Origin: Thermoanaerobaculia bacterium
GTDB lineage: Bacteria > Acidobacteriota > Thermoanaerobaculia > Multivoradales > JAIOJS01
NCBI GenBank assembly: GCA_030429235.1
Contig: JAUIDB010000007.1
Location: forward strand, 52,677 to 116,676
Direction of reading: 5' to 3'
DNA: 64,000 nt
Every line of letters begins with the position of its first letter. Positions within the stretch are counted from its first letter, which is position 1. Below, piece by piece: positions 44,604-54,100 of this stretch. A program made the position numbers and the translations under genes. Under the pieces are notes generated by a model, which saw only the letters and a list, made by a program, of their open reading frames with translations, did not search any database and was not told the DNA's origin.

Positions 44604-46205
44604 ATGGCCGTTTCCGGAGTCGAAAACCAGTCGAAGCGAACCCGGTGCCGCGTCGGCTGGTGGGGGGTCGTGCTCCTCGTCGTGTGCCCTAGTCTGGGGG
44701 CTCAGGTGACGCCCCGGATGGAGCAGGATCCGACCCGAAACAACCTGGTCCACCCCGAGGGACACCCCACGGCGCCGGCGGGTACCCTGGGGGAGGTCCT
44801 CTGGCGCGGAGAGGGCCCGGTGGATCTGGTGCTGATCGCCGGCGCGGGGTTCGGGGGCGACGTCTTCGAGGAGTTCATGCAACGGCATAGCGCCGACTAC
44901 CGGATGGCGGCGGTGACCCTGCCTGGCTTCGGGGGCAGTCTCGCCCCACCGATGCCTCCGGCGAAGACCAGCTACGGAGAGCTCAGCTGGACCCGCTCGG
45001 TGCGCGACGCCGTGGCCGAGCTCATCGTGCGGGAGGAACTCGATCGCCCGGTGGTGGTCGGACACTGGCTCGCGGCCACGACGGTGGCCATCGAACTCGC
45101 CCTGGAGCGTCCCGACCTCGTCCGCGGTGCGGTGGTGGTCAGCGGGGTTCCCAAGTTCGTGCCGATGGAAGGCAGCGGCATGGCCGAGCCAGAGACGGTG
45201 GCCCAGCGGGTGGCGATGGTCGACCACTACCTGGCGCCCGAGTGGTTCAAGACGGTGACCCGCGCGACGTGGGATGACGGCAACTTTCTGCCCCGGGACT
45301 ACGCGATCCACCCGCTGCGGGCGCAGCAGCTCTGGATCGAGGCGGCTCGGGCGAGCCTGCCGGTTTGGATCCGCTACCTCTGTGAGGCGTGGGCGCAGGA
45401 CAGCACGGCGGAGCTGGGGGAGCTGCAGGTGCCGCTCCTGGTGTTGCAGCCCGAGTTGGATTCGCTCTACCACCAGGGGCCGCAGACCGGGGCCTACCTC
45501 GACGCGTTTCTGCACCGGGCCTGGGAGGGTGTGGACTCGCGGTTCGAGAACGTGACGGTGGCGACGATCCACGACTCGCGAGTCTTCATCATGGACGACC
45601 AGCCGGAGCTCCTGTCGGAAGCGGTGGTCCGGTTCGTCGCCGAGGCTTCGGCCCGTCCCCGGACGGTGCGGACCCCGAGACTCCGTCCTCCGGCCCCGGA
45701 TCCACTCGCGCTCTGGGGCGGTACGGTGGTCGGCGAAGGGGATCACTACGATCTGACCGATGCCGGAGTGTCGATCCGTCGGCCCGACGCCAGCTGGACG
45801 CTCGAGCCGGTGCTCGAGGAGCCGCCGCTGCTCGCTCGTCTCTGGGACGAAGAAGAGAGCGCGACGGTGACGCTGCAGGTGCGCCCCACGATGGGTTTCG
45901 CCCTGGAAGAACTGATCCCGATGGTGCTGAGCAACCTGTCCCAGCAGTTGGCCGACTTCGTGCTGCTGAGCCGCGAGCGCAGCCGTTTCGGTGCGCAGGC
46001 TGGGTGGCGGCTCGAATTCCGCCATCGAGGGGAGGACTCCGACCCCCAGACCCTCCTCTGGGTGACCGACTTCGACCGCGGTCAGATGATCAGTCTGACC
46101 GCGCAGGCGGCGGTCGATCGTTTCGAGGCGTTGCGGGATCCGTTCGCGGCGATGGCCGACAGCGTCCGGCTGGAGGCGTCTACCCCAGCGGAAGGATCGG
46201 AGTGA
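44604..46205 (+). CDS. Secreted alpha/beta-hydrolase-fold protein with non-canonical nucleophile elbow (G-H-W-L-A) and ~220-aa C-terminal extension
   Basis: ATG at 44604 with GAGGAGG SD 6 nt upstream. Signal peptide. a/b-hydrolase core (LVLIAGAGFGG...VVVGHWLAATTVAIE), where the expected Ser of GxSxG is Trp. Confidence 0.55.
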   Translation: MAVSGVENQSKRTRCRVGWWGVVLLVVCPSLGAQVTPRMEQDPTRNNLVHPEGHPTAPAGTLGEVLWRGEGPVDLVLIAGAGFGGDVFEEFMQRHSADYRMAAVTLPGFGGSLAPPMPPAKTSYGELSWTRSVRDAVAELIVREELDRPVVVGHWLAATTVAIELALERPDLVRGAVVVSGVPKFVPMEGSGMAEPETVAQRVAMVDHYLAPEWFKTVTRATWDDGNFLPRDYAIHPLRAQQLWIEAARASLPVWIRYLCEAWAQDSTAELGELQVPLLVLQPELDSLYHQGPQTGAYLDAFLHRAWEGVDSRFENVTVATIHDSRVFIMDDQPELLSEAVVRFVAEASARPRTVRTPRLRPPAPDPLALWGGTVVGEGDHYDLTDAGVSIRRPDASWTLEPVLEEPPLLARLWDEEESATVTLQVRPTMGFALEELIPMVLSNLSQQLADFVLLSRERSRFGAQAGWRLEFRHRGEDSDPQTLLWVTDFDRGQMISLTAQAAVDRFEALRDPFAAMADSVRLEASTPAEGSE

Positions 46206-46215
46206 CGATTTCGGG

Positions 46216-46246
46216 CCAGGCTCCGCGCATTCCGGCGGAGCCTTGG
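46216..46246. terminator. Hairpin (ccaGGCTCCGC-gcattcc-GGCGGAGCCttgg) between convergent genes
   Basis: 8-11 bp GC-rich stem in the 48-bp gap between the + gene ending at 46205 and the - gene ending at 46254. Candidate bidirectional intrinsic terminator. Confidence 0.3.
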
Positions 46247-46253
46247 TCAGCCC

Positions 46254-46931
46254 TCAGCGTCGAGCGAGCAGGTGGTCGGCGAGCTCCTCACACTGGCGGA
46301 GGAAGGCGTCGACCTCGCTGGGACGGACTCGTTTGGCGGCGCGGGTGAGGACCAGCCACCGACCCTGACCCTCGGCCGTCCAGCCAGGGTTCAGTTCCAA
46401 CCAGTTGCGAGCCTGCACCCCGAGCTGGGTTCGAACTGCCTCCTCGTCGTCTCCCTGGACCAGGTAGAGCTTCGAGAAGTGCGGAGCGTCCTCGAAGTCG
46501 ATGTCCTGCATGCCGAAGCCGGCCCCGATGCGGTGGAAGGTGTGCTCGGGGCGCAACTGGAACCTGGGCAACTCAGCTTGCCCCTGGCGCGCGAAGACGG
46601 TCTGGTGCACGTTCGACTGGTGCTGCCCGCCTCCCTGGGTAAAGCGGTAGTCGAAGAGCAGGCTCTCGCCCTCGCCGCCGCGCCGGCGCCAGACGTTGCG
46701 GACCCGGCCGCGACGACCCCGGGCGAAGAAGGGGAGGTCAGTCAGCTCGCCGCTGAGCACCGTCGGATCGGTTTCGAGGAAGTCGTAGCCCAGGCTGAAC
46801 GCCGCACTCTGCAGCTCCTCGGTGCGTCGCCTCCCCGCGCGTTGGGCCAGGATCCCGATGGTCACGATGAGCAGGAGCACGCTGCCGACCGCGGCCGCGG
46901 CGATGAGGATGGTCTGGGTCGTGGGATCCAT
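46254..46931 (-). CDS. Hypothetical membrane-anchored protein (single N-terminal TM)
   Basis: 225 aa. N-terminus TILIAAAAVGSVLLLIVTIGILA, then a soluble domain. No family recognised. Confidence 0.45.
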   Translation of the reverse strand: MDPTTQTILIAAAAVGSVLLLIVTIGILAQRAGRRRTEELQSAAFSLGYDFLETDPTVLSGELTDLPFFARGRRGRVRNVWRRRGGEGESLLFDYRFTQGGGQHQSNVHQTVFARQGQAELPRFQLRPEHTFHRIGAGFGMQDIDFEDAPHFSKLYLVQGDDEEAVRTQLGVQARNWLELNPGWTAEGQGRWLVLTRAAKRVRPSEVDAFLRQCEELADHLLARR

Positions 46932-47074
46932 GGCGGGCCTTTCTGGGATGGGACTGCTCTACTCTACGTTCGAGCGGTGGTTCCTCTTCCCAACTTCTCT
47001 CGTTGCCGCCCCCGCCCTCCTCGCTGGCTCCTCGGGGGGCGAGGAGGAACCAGGTCGTATGACCCGGCGCGAAC

Positions 47075-48241
47075 CTAGAATCGGAAGTTGTAGTCGACGC
47101 GGAACCGCTTGCCATCCTGGATCGAGGAGATCGCTTCGACGAGGTACAGGCGGGCGGTCAGGCTGCCGGCCGAACCTAGGCCGTAGACGAACCGCAACTC
47201 GTGGCCGCGCAGGTCGCTGCTGTCGGTCTCGGTGGCCGAGCCCCAGCGCACCCAGTCGTCCTGGGCGTAGGAAGCGTTGACGGCCAGGGCCTCGATCGAG
47301 GCGTACCAATACCCCAGGGCCCACTCTCCGGCCTGTCGAGCCTGGCCCCACTGGACGGAACCGATCCAGCCGTCGGTGGCTCCACGGCGGGCGAAGGCGA
47401 AGGAGTCCCCGGGGCCGTAGTTCTCGGAGTTGTGCAGGAGATCGAGGCCCAGCTTCAGAGGCCGATCCGCCGCTCGAAGGCGAGCCTGGGCGCTGAGGAG
47501 GCCGACCGAGTAGTCTCGCAACCCGTTGCCGTGACGGAGTCGGACGGCGTCGGGATCCTCGGGATCGGCCCCGAAGTGGTAGTAGCCGGCAGCCACCGTC
47601 CAGGCGCAACCCGCCGCCGGCTGCTCCCAGACCACTTGCAGTGCCGACAGAGAGCCCGCGAAGTCCTTCATCCCCACGGGCAGCCCGAACTCGGCGGCGC
47701 GGACCGAGAGGCCGCCAGAGGTCCAGCCGCCGGCCAGCCCTACCGGGGTGACGTCGTCATCCCAGAAGAACTCGTTCTGCTTCCAGAAGGGAAAACCGTT
47801 GCGTCCGGCCCAGCCCCAGGTGTGGTCGCCTCTCGCTTCGAGATACCACCGGTCGAAGCTGAAGTCCGCGCTCCCGGTGTCGTTGTTGTCGAAGTCGAGG
47901 ACGGTGACGTGGGGACTCTGGTGGCTGGCCTCGGCGCCGCTGCGGAGCCGCAACCCGAAGGTCAGACGCGGGGTCGCTTCCCACTGCATCCCGAGGCGGG
48001 CCCGCACCCGAGCCCGGAGGCGATCCGCGCGCTCGGTGCCGTCGGCTCGCTGCGAGTCCCAGTCCTGCTCGAGTCGCAGGCGGAAGTCTCCGGACCAGGA
48101 GGGACGGGACGTTTCCTCGGTCGGTTCGGTGGCGACAGCGATGCCCGAACCGAGGAGGATCAGCACGCTGAGTCGGCCGACCGCCAAGAGGGGGCGCCAG
48201 AGGAGGAGTCGAGAGGATGACGTTAGCATCGACCCCATCAT
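47075..48241 (-). CDS. Putative porin / outer-membrane beta-barrel
   Basis: ATG-ATG at 48241 (MMGSMLTSSSRLLLWRPLLAVGRLSVLILLGSGIAVA). Alternating aromatic strands. C-terminal YNFRF terminus typical of OMPs. Confidence 0.6.
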   Translation of the reverse strand: MMGSMLTSSSRLLLWRPLLAVGRLSVLILLGSGIAVATEPTEETSRPSWSGDFRLRLEQDWDSQRADGTERADRLRARVRARLGMQWEATPRLTFGLRLRSGAEASHQSPHVTVLDFDNNDTGSADFSFDRWYLEARGDHTWGWAGRNGFPFWKQNEFFWDDDVTPVGLAGGWTSGGLSVRAAEFGLPVGMKDFAGSLSALQVVWEQPAAGCAWTVAAGYYHFGADPEDPDAVRLRHGNGLRDYSVGLLSAQARLRAADRPLKLGLDLLHNSENYGPGDSFAFARRGATDGWIGSVQWGQARQAGEWALGYWYASIEALAVNASYAQDDWVRWGSATETDSSDLRGHELRFVYGLGSAGSLTARLYLVEAISSIQDGKRFRVDYNFRF

Positions 48242-48342
48242 ACCGGCAAGAAATGTCGTGCAGAAGGGTAGCGAATCCTTGCGCTCCGTGCTAACGTCCG
48301 AGCCCGTCCACGTTGCACCGATCCCACCGACTACCCTAGCCA

Positions 48343-50034
48343 ATGCTCAAGACCTCTCGCTTTTCCTTGCTCGTCGTTCTGCTCCTGGTGCTTCAGGGTT
48401 GTGGAGGGGCTCCGGAATCGGGGACGCCGGCCTCGACCGCCAGCGGTGAGACCCTGACCGCCGAGTTTTGGCCCACGGAGACCTACGGCAGCGAGGCGTC
48501 CGACACCAAGAACGTGATCGTCGCCACCTACACCAGCGGCACCCTCGAGCCGTCCGCTCTTACGAGTTTCGAGGCCGAGTTCCGCGGCGAGGCCTTCGGC
48601 CGTCGCCCCCTGGCGGCTCCCCGCATCGAGTCGGGGGTCGAGATTCGCGACTGGCTCGATCTCGAGTCGGACCTCTCGGCCGAGGCCTTTCGGGAGAGCT
48701 GGAATCGGTACCTTGCCGAGTTCGAGGAGATTCTGACCGTCGAGAAGCACACCTGGGAGGTGCAGCTCCGGCCCGGCCCGGCGGGTGAGCCGGGCATCGA
48801 GTCGAAGGAGTCGATGTGGATTCTCGGCCGACTCGCCGACGGCCGCCTGCGCGAGGATCGCCTCAACCTGGTGCTCGACCTCGTGAAGCGCGGCGACGAG
48901 TGGCGCCTGTCGGGGGTTTCGTCGGAGGCCGGACGCACCACGATCGCTCCCGGTCCTTACTTCCACGACGTCACCAGTCAGGTCCTACCTCCCGGTTTCG
49001 ACCAGACCGGAGCCCAGATCTACACCGACGGCGGTCCGGTGCTGGCCGATTTCGACGGCGACGACGACATCGATCTTTTCCTCCCCCGCCTCCACGCGTC
49101 GGCTCGGCTCTACGCCAACGACGGTGAGGGGTACTTCGACGACGTCACTGCCGCCTGGGGGCTCGAGGTGAACGCCCTGCGGCAAGGTACCAACAGTGGA
49201 CTGTTCCTCGATTTCGACAACGACGGCGATCTCGATCTGGTAGCCGGGGTGAAGCGCGAAGGGCTGCTGCTGTTCCGCAATCAGGGGAGTTCGTTCGAGG
49301 ACGTTACCGGACCGTCGCCGCTGGGGGGAGCCGGCGAGTGGGAAGCCCTGGCCGCTGCCGACTACGACGGCGACCGCCGGATCGACATCTACCTGACGAA
49401 CTACGGGCTGATCGATCCCGACCACCAGCCCGAGAGTTACGTCGACGCCCGCGACGGACAACCGAACGTGCTGCTGCGCAACCTCGGCGATGGCCGATTC
49501 GAGGACGCCACCGAGGCCGCCGGCCTGGTTCCCAACCGGGAGCGGTGGTCGTACGCGGCCGCCTGGGCTGACTACGATGGGGACGGCGACCTCGACCTCT
49601 ACGTCGCCAACGACTACGCCACCAACAGCCTCTACCGCAATCGCGGCGAAGGCACCTTCGAAGAGGTCGCGGCGGAAGTCGGGGCTCTCGACGGTGGCAA
49701 CGGCATGGGTGTCTCCTGGGCCGATTTCGACGGCGACCTGCGGCTGGACCTCTACATCTCCAACATGCAGTCGTTCGCCGGCAACCGCATCACGCGGCTG
49801 GAGAACTTTCCCGGAACCGCCGACCAGCGGGCCCTCTATCGGCGGTTCTCCAAGGGCAACACACTGCTGCAGAACCAAGGCGACGGCACCTTCGAGGACG
49901 TCACCGAGGCTTCCGGGGCCAAGCCCGCTTTCTGGGCCTGGGGCAACGCTCCGCTGGACTACGACTCCGACGGTGACTTGGACATCCTGGTCAGCGGGGG
50001 GTTCTACACGGGGCTTCGCGCCAAAGACACGTGA
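48343..50034 (+). CDS. CRTAC1-family lipoprotein, FG-GAP/VCBS-repeat part; truncated by an in-frame TGA at 50032
   Basis: Lipobox LVLQGCG. Multiple DxDxDGxxD FG-GAP blades (FDGDDDIDLFL, DFDNDGDLDLV, DYDGDGDLDLYV). The reading frame continues in the same frame after TGA 50032-50034 into the next ORF. Confidence 0.6.
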   Translation: MLKTSRFSLLVVLLLVLQGCGGAPESGTPASTASGETLTAEFWPTETYGSEASDTKNVIVATYTSGTLEPSALTSFEAEFRGEAFGRRPLAAPRIESGVEIRDWLDLESDLSAEAFRESWNRYLAEFEEILTVEKHTWEVQLRPGPAGEPGIESKESMWILGRLADGRLREDRLNLVLDLVKRGDEWRLSGVSSEAGRTTIAPGPYFHDVTSQVLPPGFDQTGAQIYTDGGPVLADFDGDDDIDLFLPRLHASARLYANDGEGYFDDVTAAWGLEVNALRQGTNSGLFLDFDNDGDLDLVAGVKREGLLLFRNQGSSFEDVTGPSPLGGAGEWEALAAADYDGDRRIDIYLTNYGLIDPDHQPESYVDARDGQPNVLLRNLGDGRFEDATEAAGLVPNRERWSYAAAWADYDGDGDLDLYVANDYATNSLYRNRGEGTFEEVAAEVGALDGGNGMGVSWADFDGDLRLDLYISNMQSFAGNRITRLENFPGTADQRALYRRFSKGNTLLQNQGDGTFEDVTEASGAKPAFWAWGNAPLDYDSDGDLDILVSGGFYTGLRAKDT

Positions 50035-50055
50035 AGCATCTTCTGGCGCCAGGTC

Positions 50056-51117
50056 TTGGCGTCTGAGAGTGCGGGGCAGGAAGGGGACAAGGATACCGGT
50101 CACCGCAACCACTTCCAGCTGCTGCAGGAGGAGGGATTCTCCTGGAGCGGCAAAGAGCCGAACACGCTCTTCCAGAATCGAGGCGACGGCACTTTCGACG
50201 AGGTCGGGAACGTCCTCGGGACCTATCTGCGACTCGACAGCCGGGGTGCCGCGGCCGCTGATTTCGACGGCGACGGTGATCTCGACCTGGCGGTCTACAA
50301 CCGCAACAACCCGGTGATCAAGCTGTTCCGCAACGACGCCCCGGGGCAGGGCAACGCCCTGGAGATCGACCTCACCGGCACCGAGTCCGGGCCGATGGCG
50401 GTGGGAGCGCAGGTGGTGGCTCGCTGTGGCGAGCGGCAGCTCCTGCGCCAGGTCGAGGTAGGGTCGGGATTCATCTCGCAGCCACCTCCTCGCCTGCACT
50501 TCGGTCTGGGCGAGTGTCGGACGGTCGACTCGGTCTCCATCCGTTGGCCTAGTGGGCTCGAGCAGACCCTGTCCGACCTACCGGTCAACCACCGGGTCGA
50601 GATCACCGAGGGCGAGAACGAGTTCGAGAGCTTTGCCCTCCGCCCCCGCAACTACAACCGCCGGGACCTGGCTCCGGTGGCGGGGGAGCTTTCGGCTCCG
50701 CGCCCCGACCTCCGGTTCCGTCGACTGACGGGCGAGGGCGAGCTGGCGCTGGCGGATCTCGACCGGGAGACCGTCGTCCTCAACTTCTGGGCCACCTGGT
50801 GCACCGCCTGTGTGCTGGAGATGCCGGACCTCCAGTCGCTGGCGTCGCGTTTTGCCGGGAGGGTGCGCTTCCTCGGGGTCTCCCTCGATCTGGAGCGAAC
50901 CGACGACGAGATCGTTGCGTTCGCAGAGGAGCTCGGAACCACCTACGAGCAGCTCCTGGGTACGGTGGAGGACCAGGTGCCGTTCAGTTCGCTGGGGGCT
51001 TCGCCGCCGGGGGCCGTGCCGCTCACCGCCGTGATCCACCAAGGCACGGTGCGGGCGGTGTACGTCGGGCAGATCGACGTCGACGATCTCGCCCAGCTGC
51101 TCGAGAGCCTGGAGTGA
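50056..51117 (+). CDS. CRTAC1-family C-terminal part: last FG-GAP blade, ASPIC/UnbV domain and TlpA-like thioredoxin domain (WCTAC)
   Basis: Same frame as 48343..50034. ASPIC/UnbV-like segment (GAQVVARCGERQLLRQVEVGSGFISQ). TlpA/ResA-like CxxC NFWATWCTAC. Either an independently initiated fragment (GTG 50056) or the downstream half of a nonsense-interrupted gene. Confidence 0.55.
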   Translation: MASESAGQEGDKDTGHRNHFQLLQEEGFSWSGKEPNTLFQNRGDGTFDEVGNVLGTYLRLDSRGAAAADFDGDGDLDLAVYNRNNPVIKLFRNDAPGQGNALEIDLTGTESGPMAVGAQVVARCGERQLLRQVEVGSGFISQPPPRLHFGLGECRTVDSVSIRWPSGLEQTLSDLPVNHRVEITEGENEFESFALRPRNYNRRDLAPVAGELSAPRPDLRFRRLTGEGELALADLDRETVVLNFWATWCTACVLEMPDLQSLASRFAGRVRFLGVSLDLERTDDEIVAFAEELGTTYEQLLGTVEDQVPFSSLGASPPGAVPLTAVIHQGTVRAVYVGQIDVDDLAQLLESLE

Positions 51118-54100
51118 CACCCGCGAGGGCGGTCGTGGCCCTCGGCGTCGGTCTCGGACTGGGGCTCGCCGTCGGCTGCTCTCCGGCGCCGAATCCCTCG
51201 GGGCCGTCGTCAGAGCCTGGCCAGGAGCAGCCGCTGGTACCCGACCTGATGGTGCGCGGGGTGGCGCACGCCGAGATCGACGAGTGGCCGGCGGCCATCG
51301 CCAGCTTCGAGCAGGCACTGGCCATCGGCGGCGACGATCCTGTGCTGGTGTACAACCTGGCCGTCTGTCAGCTGCGTTCCGACCAGCCAGAGTTCGCCGT
51401 CGCCACCCTCCAGCGCATCGACGACACGGCGCCGGCCGAGGTCCGGGCGCGAGCCCACTACCTGCGCGGCAAACTAGCCCTGGAGGCGGGGGATCTCGAG
51501 TCGGAACTGGCGGCCTACCGGCAGGCGATGGCCCTGGACCCGAGCGAGCCGGCGTACCCCTTTGCCCTCTCCCAGTTGGTGCCGAGGCTCGGCGCGGCGG
51601 GCGAGGCCGAGGTCGGTCCCCTGCTCGAGCGGGCGGCCGAGATCTGGCCCGACAACGCTCGGCTGGAGGCGGATCTGATCGCCTGGAGTCTGAGTCAGCC
51701 CGATCCCGACGCGTGGCCAGGCGCCCTCGACCGTCTGTCGCGCCTCACCCCCGGAGAAGCACAGGCGGCGGCACTGCTCGAACGGGCACGAGCCGAACTG
51801 GTGGCCGAACCGGAGCGGGCGCCGACCTCGGCGCGGCGAGCCCTCAACGTCCTGCGGCCGGGAAAGCGGTTCCAGAGCGACTGGGCCGCCCTCGAAGCTC
51901 GACTGGCCTTGCTGCCTCGCCGCTGGCCGGCGAGGCCGGAACTCCTCGCGAGTCCAGCGGCTGCGGTCGCGACTCCGACGCTCGAGCTCGCCGACCTGCT
52001 ACCGGACCCCGCGCTGGCTAGCGACGAGGGCGTGCTCGCATTGGTCGCTTCGATCGATGCAGTCGACGCCGCGTCGCCTGCCCTACGGGCCACGGATCTG
52101 ACCCTCCTGACCGACCGGCGACTCGTGGCCCTCGACCGCGCACGGGACAGCTTCCGTCCGGTGGGGGAAGTGGCCGGTGGCCGCCGACTCCTGATCGGAG
52201 ACCTCGATGCCGACGGCCGGATGGAGCGAATCGTTCTCGGTGACCACGGACTCGCGGTGTTCCGTCGGCAGGCCGAGGAGGGATGGTCCCAGGACCCAGG
52301 GCCGGCCAGTCCGCCGCTGTCCGACGGCATCCTGGTCGACTACGAACTCGATGGCGACCTCGATCTGCTACTGATCGAGGCCCAGGGCGAGATCCTGCTA
52401 GCGCGCAACCTCGGCGAGGGGGGCCTCGCCGCCCCCACCGACGCCGGCCTTCCCGTCGCTCGCGGGACTCGGTTGCTGGCTCGCGACCTCGACGGCGACG
52501 TCGATCCCGAGCTTCTGGTCGCCGACGGCGAGCGGATCACTCTGCTGCGCAATCTGCGGCAGGAGGAGTACCGGTGGGACGGGGAGCTCTCCGTGGAGGG
52601 TGCGGTCGAGGACTGGCTGGTGATCGACCTGGATGGCGATGCCACCCTCGACCTGATCGTGGTGGTCGCGGGCCGGCTGCGGATCTTTCGCTCGCGCGGG
52701 CTGCAGGGGTTCGAGCCCGATCTCGAGGCGGACGCCACTGTGGCCTCGCGGCTCGGGGAAGCCTCCGCGGTCCTCTCGATCGACGCCGCGGACCTGGATC
52801 TCGACGGCGCTCCGGAACTGGTGGTCGAGTATCGCGACGTCGGCGAGGGGCGCACGGTCGAGGTGCTAGCGATCGACAGCTGGACCTCCCTCGTCGCGGT
52901 CCACGGTCTCGACCCGAAGGGCGAGGGGTTGGTGACGACCGACCTCGACCGCGATCGCGATCCGGACCTCGTCCTGCTGACTCCGAGGGGCCTGAAGACG
53001 CTGCACTCCGGCGGAGCCGAGGGGCAAGGGTGGGTCGAGCTCGTGCTTCGGGGCCTGGCCAGCAAGGTTCCCCTCGACGGTCGGGGCGCCAGAGTCGACG
53101 TCTGGTTCGGGCTCGAGCGCCGCTCTTTCCAACCGGACCTACCTGAGATCGTGGTCGGAGCCGGCGGCCGCCGCCCTGCCTTGGTGGAAGTGACCTGGCC
53201 GAACGGCATCACCGAGTTCGTCTTCGAGCCCGAGGTCGAGAGGACCCACGAGGTGAAGCAGGAGTTGCGGGTCGAAGGGTCCTGTCCCTTCCTCTACGCC
53301 TCGGACGGGCGCGACCTGCGGTTCGTGACCGACGTCTTGAGTCTCGCCCCCCTGGGGATGCTGGCCGACGGCGAGCGGTACGTTCCGGCCGACCCCGAAG
53401 AGTACCTCCGGCTGCCGGATTGGGTGGTCCCAGATGTCGACAGCGGCGATCTCAGGTTGGCGATTACCGAGGAGCTGCGAGAAGTGGCGTACCTCGATCA
53501 GGCCGAGCTGGTGGTGGTCGATGCGCCAGCCGAGGTCAACGTCTACAACGGCGAGCGCTGGATCGAGGGGATGGTCGAGGGCTTGGATCTCCGGCTGCTG
53601 GGCCCCCTGCAGCGCCCCACCCGCGTGCGGGATGCGGCGGACCGCGACGTGCTGGATCTGGTCGCGGAACGCGACCATCGTTACCTGCGGCATTCCGCCC
53701 CGGGCCGTCGGTATCAGGGGGCCGGCCACGCGCGGGCCCTCGAGTTCGCCGTGCCTTCGGAGCTGGCGGCGACCGGGCGGGTGGCGCTCCTCATGACCGG
53801 CTGGCTGCACTGGGGCAACACCAGCACCAACGTCGCTCGCTCCCAGGACCCCGAGGGCCGTCCGGTCTTTCCCTACCTGGAGCTCCCCAACGCCGATGGC
53901 AGCTGGCGCCGCGTGGAGCTGGCGGTGGGGCTGCCGGCCGGCAAGACCAAGCCGATCGTGGTCGAACTCGGCGATCGGCTCGATCCCGAGGATCCGCGGT
54001 TCCGGATCACCACCGACTTCGAGGTCTACTGGGACTGGATCGCGGTCGCCGAGGCACTGCCCCTAGGCCGCAGTCCACACCGCGAGCAGCGCCTGGCCCC

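Noticed and set aside
50032-50053. Selenocysteine or programmed readthrough at TGA 50032.
   Set aside because: No convincing SECIS-like stem-loop downstream, only a 10-nt self-complementary ctggcgccag at 50043..50052 with no loop. The paralog has Arg here, so a simple nonsense change is more parsimonious. Left open as a low-probability alternative in the finding.
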